Shown here piece after piece: positions 1 through 10,684 of a stretch of 42,883 bases of DNA. Both the position numbers and the translations under genes were made by a program. This stretch comes from Promethearchaeota archaeon. GTDB taxonomy: Archaea; Asgardarchaeota; Lokiarchaeia; Sigyniarchaeales; SOKP01. The notes under the pieces are model-generated. The model did no database searches. It saw nothing but the letters and a program-made list of their open reading frames with translations, and was not told where the DNA came from. How positions within the stretch are numbered: the stretch's first letter is position 1; each line of letters begins with the position of its first letter. Location of the stretch: NCBI GenBank assembly GCA_048938855.1, contig JBHLLT010000024.1, forward strand, positions 1 through 42,883, read 5' to 3'.

Positions 1-4
1 AATA

Positions 5-1795
5 ATGGTAGTGTTGCGAAATTTTGAGAGATTATCAAATAAAAAACGTAAGGTAATTGGATTAATAGTTGTTTTTACTCCTATCTCGTTATGGACATCT
101 GTGAGTATCGATTTGGGTGTAATGTTTGATAATAATCCAAGGTTATTATGGATAAATATTCCTACAATGGCCAATCCTGATGAAATTTTTGAAGTTACTA
201 TAGAAGCGTGGGATTCTTTTGAACGCTTAAGTGCCGTGTATAAGGGTAGGGTAGAATTTTCTATTGAATCTTATAATCTTACAAATTATGATCCAATAAC
301 AAATACTCAAGCAAGTTTGCCAGCGTTATATACATTTACGGGACAAGTATTTGGATCTGACATTGCATATGAAATTAAAGATGGAAAAGATAATGGAAGA
401 CATGTATTTCAAGCAAGCATTACTACACCTGGGTTTCATTATATTTTAGTAAATGACAGTTTAACAAAAAATACCTATTATAGTAATCCAATTATAGTAA
501 AAAATTTCACCTCAACTGATCCATTTATTGCGTGGGGAGATATGCATACTCATTCTGAACTCTCTGACGGGACAGGTACACCAGATCACTCGTTTTATTA
601 CGCTAAAAATATTGCATGTCTTGATTTTAATGCCCTAACTGATCATGGTGAAATAATGCTATTTTCTCCATGGTCACTAAATTTACTTGAAACTAGTACA
701 AATAAATGGTATGAACCAAATAATTTTGTAACATTCCATGGAATAGAGTGGACGTGTGTCAGAACTGGTCATTATATTTGTATTTTCAGCGGAGATGGGT
801 TATTAAAATCACCTATACTAGACTCATATTTTACTATAAAGTCTCCTCAAGCTTTGTGGAACGTTCTAGATGACTTCACAACAAGAAATGGTGTAAAGGC
901 ATTGGCACTTCCTCATCATACAACTAAAGAAGCATATATTCAAGATTGGACTTATAATAACCCAAAATATGTTAAGCTTGCAGAAGTTTCCTCTGTTCAT
1001 GGAGAATTTTTATTTGAACAAAGACATGAATTAAACTACGTAGGCGCAATCGACAAACCCCCTACTTATACTAATGGTTCTTCAATAGTAGATGCTTATA
1101 AAATGGGTTATAGAATGACTATGTATATATCAAGTGATGAGCATGATGGGCATCCTGGTCATAGTTTAAGTCATACAAGAGCATATATAGGTCATCAACG
1201 TCCTTTTAGTTTGTGGCATACTCGAAATGAACATCCATATCCAGGCGGTTTAACTGCTGTTTATGTAGACAATCTTACAAGAGAAGGTGTTTTTAGTGGA
1301 TTAGAAAATCAGAAAATTTATGCAAATTCAGATCATGGTCGGCCTATTCTTAGATTCAATATCAATGGAACAAAAGTAGGAGACGGTTCAACATTTGTGG
1401 CTAGCGGTTCAGCTGATCACAGAGAAATTAATATCTTTCTGGCACAAGACGGAGCACCAGTTGCTTTAAAATCAAAAGCTGCCTCAGTCACTCCAAACTG
1501 GATTCCGAATTGGAATGCTAATATTGAAATTATTAAAAATGGAATGCTATGGCATACTGAACCGATTTCTTCACCAATAATAAATTTTACAATCATTGAT
1601 ACTGAACCAATAACTGGGACAAGTTATGAAAAATCCTGCTTGAAAAGAGGGAATAAATATTATATAAATCAATATAGTGACAATCCTATTGATCCAAGTA
1701 GTTTAAATACAAATGATTTTGATTTTTATTTGATTCGTGTTGTTGGAGATAATGGTAGAATGTCATATGTGGGACCCATATGGGTGGAATATTAA
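5..1795 (+). CDS. Membrane-anchored PHP-family metallohydrolase (DUF3604/CehA-McbA-like), possibly 5'-truncated
   Basis: PHP motifs WGDMHTHSELSDG, ALTDH, GIEWT, GHY, LPHH, SSDEH. N-terminal basic plus hydrophobic segment. The frame is open to the window edge, so the real start may lie upstream. Confidence 0.75.
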   Translation: MVVLRNFERLSNKKRKVIGLIVVFTPISLWTSVSIDLGVMFDNNPRLLWINIPTMANPDEIFEVTIEAWDSFERLSAVYKGRVEFSIESYNLTNYDPITNTQASLPALYTFTGQVFGSDIAYEIKDGKDNGRHVFQASITTPGFHYILVNDSLTKNTYYSNPIIVKNFTSTDPFIAWGDMHTHSELSDGTGTPDHSFYYAKNIACLDFNALTDHGEIMLFSPWSLNLLETSTNKWYEPNNFVTFHGIEWTCVRTGHYICIFSGDGLLKSPILDSYFTIKSPQALWNVLDDFTTRNGVKALALPHHTTKEAYIQDWTYNNPKYVKLAEVSSVHGEFLFEQRHELNYVGAIDKPPTYTNGSSIVDAYKMGYRMTMYISSDEHDGHPGHSLSHTRAYIGHQRPFSLWHTRNEHPYPGGLTAVYVDNLTREGVFSGLENQKIYANSDHGRPILRFNINGTKVGDGSTFVASGSADHREINIFLAQDGAPVALKSKAASVTPNWIPNWNANIEIIKNGMLWHTEPISSPIINFTIIDTEPITGTSYEKSCLKRGNKYYINQYSDNPIDPSSLNTNDFDFYLIRVVGDNGRMSYVGPIWVEY

Positions 1796-1885
1796 ATATT
1801 ATTACAAAATAACAACATTCAATTAATTTATATTAAACAAATCTTTACCAAACTCACTTAGGATTTTATTATTGGAATATCTGAA

Positions 1886-4675
1886 ATGAAAGCTAATAAC
1901 ATTATAATTGTACCTCATACTCACTGGGATAGGGAATGGTATATAACATTTCAAGAATTCCGTGCTAGATTAGTAATAATGATGGATAAACTATTAAATA
2001 TTTTTAAGACTAATCCTGAATATAAAAAATTTACACTCGATGGTCAAGTAATCCCTTTAGAAGATTATCTAGAAGTTAGGCCTGAAAGGGAAGAAGAAAT
2101 TAAATACTATGTAAAAGAAGGAAGGCTCTCTATTGGCCCAATGTACATCCTTCCTGATGAATTTTTAGTTAGTGGAGAGTCCTTAATAAGAAATCTTTTG
2201 ATTGGCCATCAGGTAGCACATAAATTTGGAGGTATTATGAAAGCTGGATATATCCCCGATCCATTTGGTCATATAGCTCAACTTCCTCAAATATTAAAAG
2301 GTTTTGAGATTCCTTCTATTTTATTCGCACGAGGTTTTGGAAATGAATTTGAAGAAAATAATTTAAACATGGAATTCACATGGAATGCACCTGGAAAATC
2401 AGCATCAATACTGGCCATCCACTTAATAATGGGCTATGGATCTTTGAAATCTCTAAATACTAAGAAATTTAAGGGAATTTACAAAAAAGCATTCACCAAA
2501 ATTGAATCTATGGTTGAAATTTTTGAAAGATTTACATGTTCTCCCGTAATACTTCTTAATAATGGCGATGATCATCATGAAGCTCAGCGAGAGGTTCCTG
2601 AAATAGTAAAACAATGGAATGATTTACATCCTGAAGCAAAAATGGTCCAAGCCGATTTTGAATATTATATTGATAAGGTCTCAAACTCGAATCCTAATTT
2701 GAAGGAATTTCAAGGAGAATTAAGAGGTGGTAGGTATGCAAACATATTATCAGGAGTATTCTCAGCAAGAATGTGGATAAAACAAAGAAATACAGCTATT
2801 GAATATCTCTATGAGAAGTATACAGAGCCATTATCTACATTAGTATGGGCTCTTGATAAGTATCATAAATTTCTTTACCCAAAAAATTACATCTTAACTG
2901 GGATGAAATGGATGCAAAAGAATGCTCCACATGATAGCATTTGTGGTTGTTCAATTGATGAAGTGCATGATGAAATGAAAACGAGATTCGATTGGGCAGA
3001 ACAGATAGGAAATGAAATATTTAAGGATTCTGCTCTGTATTTATCAAATCTTGTAGAAGTTAATCCAGAGTATAAATATCGAAATGTCTTATTCGTCTTT
3101 AATCCACTTCCTTGGAAGAGGCAAGATATTGTTGAATTTAATATTATTTCGAAAAACACAAAAGGTGGGAAATTACCGTATAATCTGAAGATATTTGATT
3201 CTGATAATATAGAAATTTACTATCAATATTCCAGTATAGAAGAAATTCCTAGATTTATACAACAATCAAGTATAAGTCATAAAATTAGTTTTTTTACTGA
3301 AATTCCCGCATGTGGCTACAAGATATTTTATGTTTCAACCTCAAAATCAGAAAATAATCATGTAATAGAACCAGATAATTTTAAAATTACACGTAATTTC
3401 TTGGAAAATGAATTTTATAGAGTTAATATTACCTCAGAAGGATTTATAAATGTTATTGACAAGGAATCAGGTATGGTATATGATAAAGTTTGTTACTTTG
3501 AAGATGTGGGAGATTGGGGTGATTTATATGATTTCTCAGGTCCTAAAAGCAATCAAACTGATTTAAGGTTTACATCCGAAGATGCAGCAGTTTTTGAAAG
3601 ATCCGTGCATATTGATGGCCCTACTCAAAAGACCTTTAAATTAAGATTAAACTTGAAACTACCTTATTCATTAACCGAGGACCGTTACAATCGAGAAGAT
3701 TGGCTAGCAGATAATAAAATAACAATTTATATATCATTATATAAAAAAATAAAAAGAATAGACTTTAAAATAGAACTGGAAAATAATAGTAGAGATCATA
3801 GAATTCGTGTTTTATTTCCGACCAAAATTAAAGCTGATAAAGTTTATGCTGATGGGCATTTCTATGTCGTTCCAAGAAGTGTTGATTTACCGAAAGCAGA
3901 GAGATGGGAGCAAATGCCTCAGCCAACAAATCATCAAAAAGATTTTATTTCTATAAGCAATCAAAATGGGACATTTGCTGTTTTAAACAAGGGGTTACCG
4001 GAATATGAAGCTATAAAAGATGAAGATTATTCAATCACTTTTGCCATTACTCTCCTAAGATGTATTGAATGGTTATCTCGTGATGATTTTAATTCAAGAT
4101 ATATTCCTGCAGGACCAGCTTTTAAAACTCCTAAGGCACAATGTCTGGGAAATCATATTTTCGAATTATCATTAATTACCAGCACCAAACAAAACTGGTT
4201 AGAAGCAAAAATTCATAGGAGAGGTAAGGAGTTTAATAATCCTTTTAAACTTTTTTTTCCTGCAATGGTGGAAAGCCCAATAAGAGCTTCTGATAAGGTA
4301 GTTTTACGACCTTTTGGCATAGTTTCCATTTTTTATAAAACGAAAACAGAAGATTTGCAGTCATATCTTCCTCCCAAAATGAGTTTTATTGAGATTGATA
4401 ATGAAAGTATTATCTTAAGTTGCTTAAAAAAAGCAGAGGTTGGAGAATATTTAATTATTAGACTTTATAATATATCTTCTTCTTCTCAGAATGGAATATT
4501 AACTCTCTATGAAAAACTATTAATAAAAAATGTTGAAATAGTGAATTTTTTAGAAGAAATCCCTAAAAATGGAATAAAGGCAGAGGCAAATAATTTTAAA
4601 AGTAATATGATTAAAGTAAAATTAGAGCCTCATGTAATTGCTACTCTTAAAATCGAGATTTCTTTTAAAGATTAA
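1886..4675 (+). CDS. Glycoside hydrolase family 38 alpha-mannosidase (MngB-like)
   Basis: HTHWDREWY, LDGQ, PDEFLVSGESLIRN, PDPFGH, HDSICGCSIDEVH are diagnostic GH38 motifs; 929 aa. Confidence 0.93.
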   Translation: MKANNIIIVPHTHWDREWYITFQEFRARLVIMMDKLLNIFKTNPEYKKFTLDGQVIPLEDYLEVRPEREEEIKYYVKEGRLSIGPMYILPDEFLVSGESLIRNLLIGHQVAHKFGGIMKAGYIPDPFGHIAQLPQILKGFEIPSILFARGFGNEFEENNLNMEFTWNAPGKSASILAIHLIMGYGSLKSLNTKKFKGIYKKAFTKIESMVEIFERFTCSPVILLNNGDDHHEAQREVPEIVKQWNDLHPEAKMVQADFEYYIDKVSNSNPNLKEFQGELRGGRYANILSGVFSARMWIKQRNTAIEYLYEKYTEPLSTLVWALDKYHKFLYPKNYILTGMKWMQKNAPHDSICGCSIDEVHDEMKTRFDWAEQIGNEIFKDSALYLSNLVEVNPEYKYRNVLFVFNPLPWKRQDIVEFNIISKNTKGGKLPYNLKIFDSDNIEIYYQYSSIEEIPRFIQQSSISHKISFFTEIPACGYKIFYVSTSKSENNHVIEPDNFKITRNFLENEFYRVNITSEGFINVIDKESGMVYDKVCYFEDVGDWGDLYDFSGPKSNQTDLRFTSEDAAVFERSVHIDGPTQKTFKLRLNLKLPYSLTEDRYNREDWLADNKITIYISLYKKIKRIDFKIELENNSRDHRIRVLFPTKIKADKVYADGHFYVVPRSVDLPKAERWEQMPQPTNHQKDFISISNQNGTFAVLNKGLPEYEAIKDEDYSITFAITLLRCIEWLSRDDFNSRYIPAGPAFKTPKAQCLGNHIFELSLITSTKQNWLEAKIHRRGKEFNNPFKLFFPAMVESPIRASDKVVLRPFGIVSIFYKTKTEDLQSYLPPKMSFIEIDNESIILSCLKKAEVGEYLIIRLYNISSSSQNGILTLYEKLLIKNVEIVNFLEEIPKNGIKAEANNFKSNMIKVKLEPHVIATLKIEISFKD

Positions 4676-4676
4676 A

Positions 4677-5138
4677 TCACTCCCATTCCAAGATTTTTTC
4701 CATTCTAGTCTCAATATCCTCATTACCATGATCTAATTGTCCAGTTTTTGCATATCCAAGATTCTTATAAAAGCTTACAGCTGAAATTGCTGAATATAGA
4801 AATAACTCTTTAATTTTTTTTCTTTTTGCTTCACTTTCTAGTTTCTTTACTAATTTAGTTCCATATCCTTTTCGATGTTTTGAAATCATAACATAAACAT
4901 CACGGACTTGACCTAAATCAGAAATGCTCCCAGTACCGATTAAATCACCTTCTTTTTCAATAACTATTGTATAAATATCAGGTCTTTTCATAAAATTTTT
5001 AGAGTAGCTTTTTACTAAGTATTTAATGAATTTTGAAGAATAATTTTTACGATTCACTTCACGTAAACAAGTTATAATAATTTCTAAGCATTTCTTCCTG
5101 TCAGTTTTTTGAACTTCTCTTATTATCTCATTCGTCAA
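4677..5138 (-). CDS. GNAT-family N-acetyltransferase
   Basis: Acetyl-CoA motif A (VYV...HRKGYGTKL) and A-x2-FY-x2-LGY; TTG start. Confidence 0.85.
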   Translation of the reverse strand: MTNEIIREVQKTDRKKCLEIIITCLREVNRKNYSSKFIKYLVKSYSKNFMKRPDIYTIVIEKEGDLIGTGSISDLGQVRDVYVMISKHRKGYGTKLVKKLESEAKRKKIKELFLYSAISAVSFYKNLGYAKTGQLDHGNEDIETRMEKILEWE

Positions 5139-5344
5139 AATCCAACTAATGAAAACTACAAAAATTTAGCTTTTATATTGCAAAAAATATTTTCTCTTAT
5201 AGTTAAGAATACTAAAAATCTTGAATTCCTTTTATTCTATCAAATTAAATTTGGTACTACTATGCTCAATAATATGTACCATTACCTTAAAAAGGGTTGT
5301 ATATTTAATACTTCTTACTATTAAATACCTAATATAGATTTTCT

Positions 5345-6463
5345 ATGGTAAATACTGATATTGATTTTGATGTTTGTATTATAGGGGCAGGTCCAGGAGG
5401 CTCAATTGCAGGTAAAGTAGCTGCTGAAAACGGCTATAGGACATGTATTATTGAAAAAGATGTAATTGGAGATATGGGGCGATACAAAGCCTGTGGTGGA
5501 GCTATAGCTTGGGAGTTGGTAGAAGAGATAAATTATCCTGAAGATAAAATAAGCCGTATTTTTGAATCATTAGAACTTCACCATGTTGATGGGGATAGGT
5601 TCTCAAAAAAAGGAAAAGGTGTGACGGTTTGGCGTAATATATTTGATAAATTTCTAACTGATATGGCAGTTGACAGTGGAGTAATTTTGAAAGAGAAGGA
5701 TCCTTTAATCAATCTTGAGAAGAAAGATAGTTTTTATATTATAAGTACTAAAAAAAAAAAATATACTGCAAAGTACATAATAGCTAGCGATGGAGCTACT
5801 TCCACTACTTTAAAATTATTGGGATGGCCATATTTCAAAAATGAAAATATAGTTCTAACGATTACAAAAGAGATGAGAACTACTAAAAATAATATAAATA
5901 GTAAATTGGGAAATGATGCAATTCATGCATTTTTTGGAGTAAATAATTTAATCCCAATTGGTTATGCATGGTTATTTCCAAAATTTGAAACAATTACAGC
6001 GGGATGGGGTAACCAAATAAGTCTTGTTAAAAATTCAAGGGAGGAATTTAAAAAATTTGAGAATCTTACTTTCGTGAAAAATGTTCTAAAAAACAGTCAT
6101 TTAACCATTTTCAAAGCGCATTTGATCCCTGTTGGTTTACGCCCTAAACTCTATAAAGACAACGTATTTGCGGTTGGTGATGCTGGTGGATTAGTGGACC
6201 CTATCAGTGGAAAAGGAATACCATATGCAATGATGAGCGGACAAATCGCAATTGAAACAATTAAATCTTGTGAGAAAAGAGATAAATTGGATAAAATGGG
6301 TACTTTTTATGAGAAAAACTTAGATAGGAAATTCCTCCTTGTTCTTAAAGCAAAAAGAATAGCTCGAGATCAGATATTCCAAAATGATGAGAATTTAAAA
6401 CGATTTCTATCACTTTGGGAAAAGTACCGCAGTTCTGAAATAGTCATGAAAAAATTACTTTAA
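5345..6463 (+). CDS. Geranylgeranyl reductase-family FAD oxidoreductase
   Basis: GAGPGG dinucleotide motif, KACGG, GYAWLFP, VGDAGGLVDPISGKGIPYAM; adjacent to GGPP synthase. Confidence 0.88.
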   Translation: MVNTDIDFDVCIIGAGPGGSIAGKVAAENGYRTCIIEKDVIGDMGRYKACGGAIAWELVEEINYPEDKISRIFESLELHHVDGDRFSKKGKGVTVWRNIFDKFLTDMAVDSGVILKEKDPLINLEKKDSFYIISTKKKKYTAKYIIASDGATSTTLKLLGWPYFKNENIVLTITKEMRTTKNNINSKLGNDAIHAFFGVNNLIPIGYAWLFPKFETITAGWGNQISLVKNSREEFKKFENLTFVKNVLKNSHLTIFKAHLIPVGLRPKLYKDNVFAVGDAGGLVDPISGKGIPYAMMSGQIAIETIKSCEKRDKLDKMGTFYEKNLDRKFLLVLKAKRIARDQIFQNDENLKRFLSLWEKYRSSEIVMKKLL

Positions 6464-6619
6464 AAATGCTAAAAATACCTTCAGCAACCTAATTTTAAGA
6501 TCTCAAATTTTTTCTAAATGTTAAGAGTATTGAAAATCTGAAATACCTTTTATTTCAGTAAATTATATGTAGTATACTGATTAAATTATACAATTATAAA
6601 TAAAGATTTATGATTATCA

Positions 6620-7687
6620 ATGAAGTTTATTGAGTATTCAAAGAAATATGTTCCTAAAATAAATAATGCAATTAAACTTCTCTATGAAAAGAAATTAAAC
6701 ACTGTACAAAATCAATTTTTAAAAGATTACTATTCAGAATTAAAGGATTACTTCCTATCAGGTGGAAAGAGAATCAGACCATTATTATGCATCGCTAGTT
6801 TTAATGCTTTTAATAAAGAAGACGAAAATGATATTGTTCAACCAAGTATTGGAGTAGAATTCCTTCATAATGCCTCATTGATTCATGATGATATTATCGA
6901 TAGAGATAATTTTCGCAGGGGGAACCCTTCTTTTCACTATAGGTTTCGAAATTATCATCAAAAATATAATTTGAAGAAAATGAACGATATTGATTTTGGT
7001 AATTCTATAGGAATCATAGGAGGGGATTCAGCATTTTTCTTAGGGATAGAAGCTTATCTTTTTAACAATTTTGATGTTGATCGAAATTTAAAAGCCATCA
7101 AATTATATGAACAAGGATTTATTGATATTGCAAATGGCGTATTAATTGAAACTGATATGGTAAACAGAAAAGATTTAACCATTTCCGATTATATTAAAAT
7201 GATTTCACTTAAAACGGGAGCTTTATTAGAAAAATCAATCTTAATTGGGGCAACCTATGCAAAAGTTAATGAGAACGTAATGAACGACCTTTCAGTTTAT
7301 GGTATAAATTTGGGGATTATTTTTCAAATAATCGATGATATATTAGGAACTTTTGGTGATGAAAAAGTTACTGGTAAGCCTACTGATGGAGATATTCGAG
7401 AGGGTAAAAAAACTTGTCTATTTATTGATGCATTCAATAATTTAGATGATAAGGATAAGGATAAACTTGAGAAATTAATAGAGAAATCAGACATGACAGA
7501 TTATGATGTCCAGAATGTTAAAGAGTTATTTTTAAATGCGAATGCTATTGATTCGTGCAAAGAATTAGCAGATTCATATTTTAAAGAAGCAAGTTCATCT
7601 TTAGAGAATTTAAAAACCGAGATAAATTCTTCAGAAGTAGAATTCTATGAAGATCTATTAAAATTTGTGAAAAATAGAAGTTTCTAA
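6620..7687 (+). CDS. idsA: Short-chain trans-prenyltransferase, probable geranylgeranyl diphosphate synthase
   Basis: GGKRIRP, FARM LIHDDIIDRDNFRRG, KTG, SARM FQIIDDILG, DIREGKKT. The residue five before the FARM is Ala rather than Phe, so product chain length is uncertain. Confidence 0.88.
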   Translation: MKFIEYSKKYVPKINNAIKLLYEKKLNTVQNQFLKDYYSELKDYFLSGGKRIRPLLCIASFNAFNKEDENDIVQPSIGVEFLHNASLIHDDIIDRDNFRRGNPSFHYRFRNYHQKYNLKKMNDIDFGNSIGIIGGDSAFFLGIEAYLFNNFDVDRNLKAIKLYEQGFIDIANGVLIETDMVNRKDLTISDYIKMISLKTGALLEKSILIGATYAKVNENVMNDLSVYGINLGIIFQIIDDILGTFGDEKVTGKPTDGDIREGKKTCLFIDAFNNLDDKDKDKLEKLIEKSDMTDYDVQNVKELFLNANAIDSCKELADSYFKEASSSLENLKTEINSSEVEFYEDLLKFVKNRSF

Positions 7688-7851
7688 CAACGGATATGTG
7701 TGTAAATTTTCCCATTTTTTATAGGTTCATGGCACTATTACACAATTTTATCTAAAAACGCAACTTTATATTAATCTTACTTTGCTAATAATATGGAAAA
7801 AAAATTGTATTTTTTAAATAATAAAGGCAAAATATAGGTGGTTAATAGGGG

Positions 7852-8238
7852 TTGGAGGTTCCCAAATACGACATTCTAATTATAGATGATAGTAAGTATA
7901 TAAAACTCTTATTGACAGAAATCATAGAATTAAAAGGTTTTACATGTAGAACTGTTGACAATATTTCTTTAGCGATGCGAGAATTAGAAAACTATCTACC
8001 TAAACTAATATTATTAGATGTGCATTTGCCAGATTCTAGTGGTTATGATTTTTGTAAAAAACTTAAATCATCTAAGAGGTTTAATAAAATTCTTATATAT
8101 TATTTTACAGGTGTTGCAGAGACAGAAGTTGCCATAAAAGCACTTGAAACAAAAGCCGATGGATATTTGATAAAACCTTTTGATTTATCTGAGTTTTATA
8201 ATATTATTGAACTTGTAAAACAAAATACTGTTGTTTAA
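7852..8238 (+). CDS. Stand-alone response regulator receiver (CheY-like)
   Basis: ILIIDDS, LILLDVHLPDSSG (phosphoacceptor Asp), FTG, ADGYLIKPF. Confidence 0.9.
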   Translation: MEVPKYDILIIDDSKYIKLLLTEIIELKGFTCRTVDNISLAMRELENYLPKLILLDVHLPDSSGYDFCKKLKSSKRFNKILIYYFTGVAETEVAIKALETKADGYLIKPFDLSEFYNIIELVKQNTVV

Positions 8239-8397
8239 TTTTGATTAAAAACTATTATGTAATGTTTAAAGCTTCAAAAATTTATATAAAAATTGAAAAC
8301 ATATTTATTTTAGAATTAAGGAAAAATAAAAAAAATCTATATATTTGTCTTGATTTATTAACTTTAATAATCAATTGAGACTTAGTGGAGATTCCAA

Positions 8398-8784
8398 TTG
8401 AAGATACTCCAAGATATTTGGATTCTGCAAAAATCTGGGTTAGTAATATTTCATAGAGAATTTGATAAAAGTGTTTCTCCTCAGCTTTTTGGAGCAATGA
8501 TGAGTGCTTTAAATATGTTTGCTGAACAATTAACTGAAGGAGGCTTATCAAATTTCGATTTAAAAGACACTAGATTCACTCTCATAAAAAAATTGAATCT
8601 AATATTTATTGCAACATCATCAAAGAAATATAATCAAAAAAAAGTAAATAAAGAATTAGAAAAAATATCAGCTAAATTCATAAAACTTTACCATGGTGAA
8701 ATAGAGAATTTTACAGGAAAATTAGGTGGCTTCTCTAATTTTATTGATGAAATTGGAGGATCATTAGAAGAAAAAGAATTATAA
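8398..8784 (+). CDS. Longin-like (sedlin/sigma-adaptin-like) small Asgard protein
   Basis: IWIL-x2-SG-x2-IF...L-x-G-x3-AL-x2-F...LIF...L-x2-I-x3-F pattern typical of Asgard longin-fold proteins; GGAG SD upstream of TTG. Confidence 0.65.
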   Translation: MKILQDIWILQKSGLVIFHREFDKSVSPQLFGAMMSALNMFAEQLTEGGLSNFDLKDTRFTLIKKLNLIFIATSSKKYNQKKVNKELEKISAKFIKLYHGEIENFTGKLGGFSNFIDEIGGSLEEKEL

Positions 8785-8791
8785 AAGTAAT

Positions 8792-10684
8792 TTATTGATT
8801 GATCCATTGGTATAATTCACCTAATAGTACCCTTTTCGCTGTATTCCCTATTAATTTATCAATTTTATCCACATTCATTAACCACATTGAAGATCTTAGT
8901 TCTTGTTTCAGAGTTTTTATCTCTTTAATACTATTCAAAAAAGTATTATTTTTATAATCATGCCAAGCTGTTCTTAAAAACTTGAAGGCAAAACCCCCAA
9001 TATTTGCTCCAATTGAGATTGCCTTAGCAATGTCCAACCCATTTCTTAAGCCTCCTGTTGCAATTATGAGTTTTTGAGTAGCTTTTCTAACATTAATTAT
9101 GCTGACAGGTGTAGGATTACCCCATTCCCTGAATGTATCCGCAATCTTTCGTGTATATGCTTCATAGCTAAAATTATCGCGTATTGACTCAATCGCAGCA
9201 AAACTAGTGCCTCCAGTTCCCCCAACATCAAATCCATCAAATCCTAATGAATCAAGTTTTAAAGCTAATTCCATATTAAATCCAGAACCAACTTCTTTTG
9301 CTATAATAGGAATTTTAATATTTTTTCTTATCTCTTTAAAGATTTCTTCAAAATTTTTATAAGAAAGATTACCATTGCTTTGAGTAAGTTCATGTAAAGC
9401 GTTTAAATGTATAGCCATGACATCAGCATTAATCATTTCGACGCATTTATTAAAATCATCCAAACTAAATTTAGGATCACATATTTGGCCAACTCCAATG
9501 TTTCCAATTATAGGAATATTAGGTGCCATAGCACGTACAACTTTAAAAGAATCAATTGTGGAAGGATCTTCCAAACCAATTCTTTGAGAACCAACACTCA
9601 TTATAATATTTTCTGTATTCGCAGCATTTGCTAAAATATTATTGATTATTTTAGAAATTTCATGACCTCCAGTAATTGCTGCAATACATATAGGCGCCGA
9701 AATTTCCTTTCCAAAAAATTTTAAAGAGAGATCAATATCCTCTAATTCAAACTCAGGGAGTGGATGATGAATTAGATTTATATCATCAAAGTAGTTCTTT
9801 GAATGTTGAACATTATACTTTAAAGGGATTTTTAAATGTTCTATTTTCCTATTGTATATTTTTCTCTCAGATTTTGAATTAAATGGTGTTTCTATTGTTG
9901 TACATTTTAAAGACTTATTAAGTATTGACTTCAGGATATTTTCATCTTTTAATCCATTAATAACTTGAACAGGGATATTAAATTTTATAATTTCCTCAAT
10001 AATCTCTAGTTTACTTTTTATTCCGCCTGTAACATCAATTTTTTGATCCAAATTCGCTAATTTTAGATCATCTAAGTCATGAGAACTTAAATTTAAAGCA
10101 AGTTTTACATTTCCATTATCCTTGATGAAGATACCATCTTTTTCAATAGCAAATACCACTTTTGAAATTTTAAAATTTCTTATATTTTTACATAATTTTA
10201 ATATTATCTGATCTCCTGAAAGTATTGAAAAAGATCTTTCTCGACTTAATATTATATCGCCATATAGGATTGGGATTATTCCAAGTCTTATCAAATGTTC
10301 AATAGATTCAATATTATTAACTAAGACTTGGTTATATTCCTTGATAAATAAACCTGAGGGTTGGATGGGAATCGCAGGTTTGTTATTCTCTAAAAACTTG
10401 TTAATTATGATTGAATTAAATTTATTCATAACCTCGTGTGTTTTAGAAAGCCCTAACAGTTGATCCTTAATAGATTCATTAAAACCTTGAGATATCTGAT
10501 ATTTTTTTGCAATAGGATGACCAAATGACCCACCTCCATGGATTAAAATAATATTTTTCTTGCTCCTAATAATCTGTTTAACCGAACTTTCTAATATTTC
10601 TTCCCTAAGGGAAAATGGTGTTTCTTTGTCAGTTAATAAACTTCCACCTAGTTTTAAAATAATAACTTCATTATTTTCTTTCAA
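8792..10684 (-). CDS. fni: Fusion: isopentenyl phosphate kinase (N-terminal ~265 aa) plus type 2 FMN-dependent IPP delta-isomerase
   Basis: IPK motifs KLGGSLLTDK, HGGGSFGHP, SGDQI, DVTGGI. IDI-2 motifs RKIEH, AITGG, GSQR, HLN, KEVG, GGTSFA, GGLR. One continuous 630-aa ORF. Confidence 0.92.
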   Translation of the reverse strand: MKENNEVIILKLGGSLLTDKETPFSLREEILESSVKQIIRSKKNIILIHGGGSFGHPIAKKYQISQGFNESIKDQLLGLSKTHEVMNKFNSIIINKFLENNKPAIPIQPSGLFIKEYNQVLVNNIESIEHLIRLGIIPILYGDIILSRERSFSILSGDQIILKLCKNIRNFKISKVVFAIEKDGIFIKDNGNVKLALNLSSHDLDDLKLANLDQKIDVTGGIKSKLEIIEEIIKFNIPVQVINGLKDENILKSILNKSLKCTTIETPFNSKSERKIYNRKIEHLKIPLKYNVQHSKNYFDDINLIHHPLPEFELEDIDLSLKFFGKEISAPICIAAITGGHEISKIINNILANAANTENIIMSVGSQRIGLEDPSTIDSFKVVRAMAPNIPIIGNIGVGQICDPKFSLDDFNKCVEMINADVMAIHLNALHELTQSNGNLSYKNFEEIFKEIRKNIKIPIIAKEVGSGFNMELALKLDSLGFDGFDVGGTGGTSFAAIESIRDNFSYEAYTRKIADTFREWGNPTPVSIINVRKATQKLIIATGGLRNGLDIAKAISIGANIGGFAFKFLRTAWHDYKNNTFLNSIKEIKTLKQELRSSMWLMNVDKIDKLIGNTAKRVLLGELYQWINQ

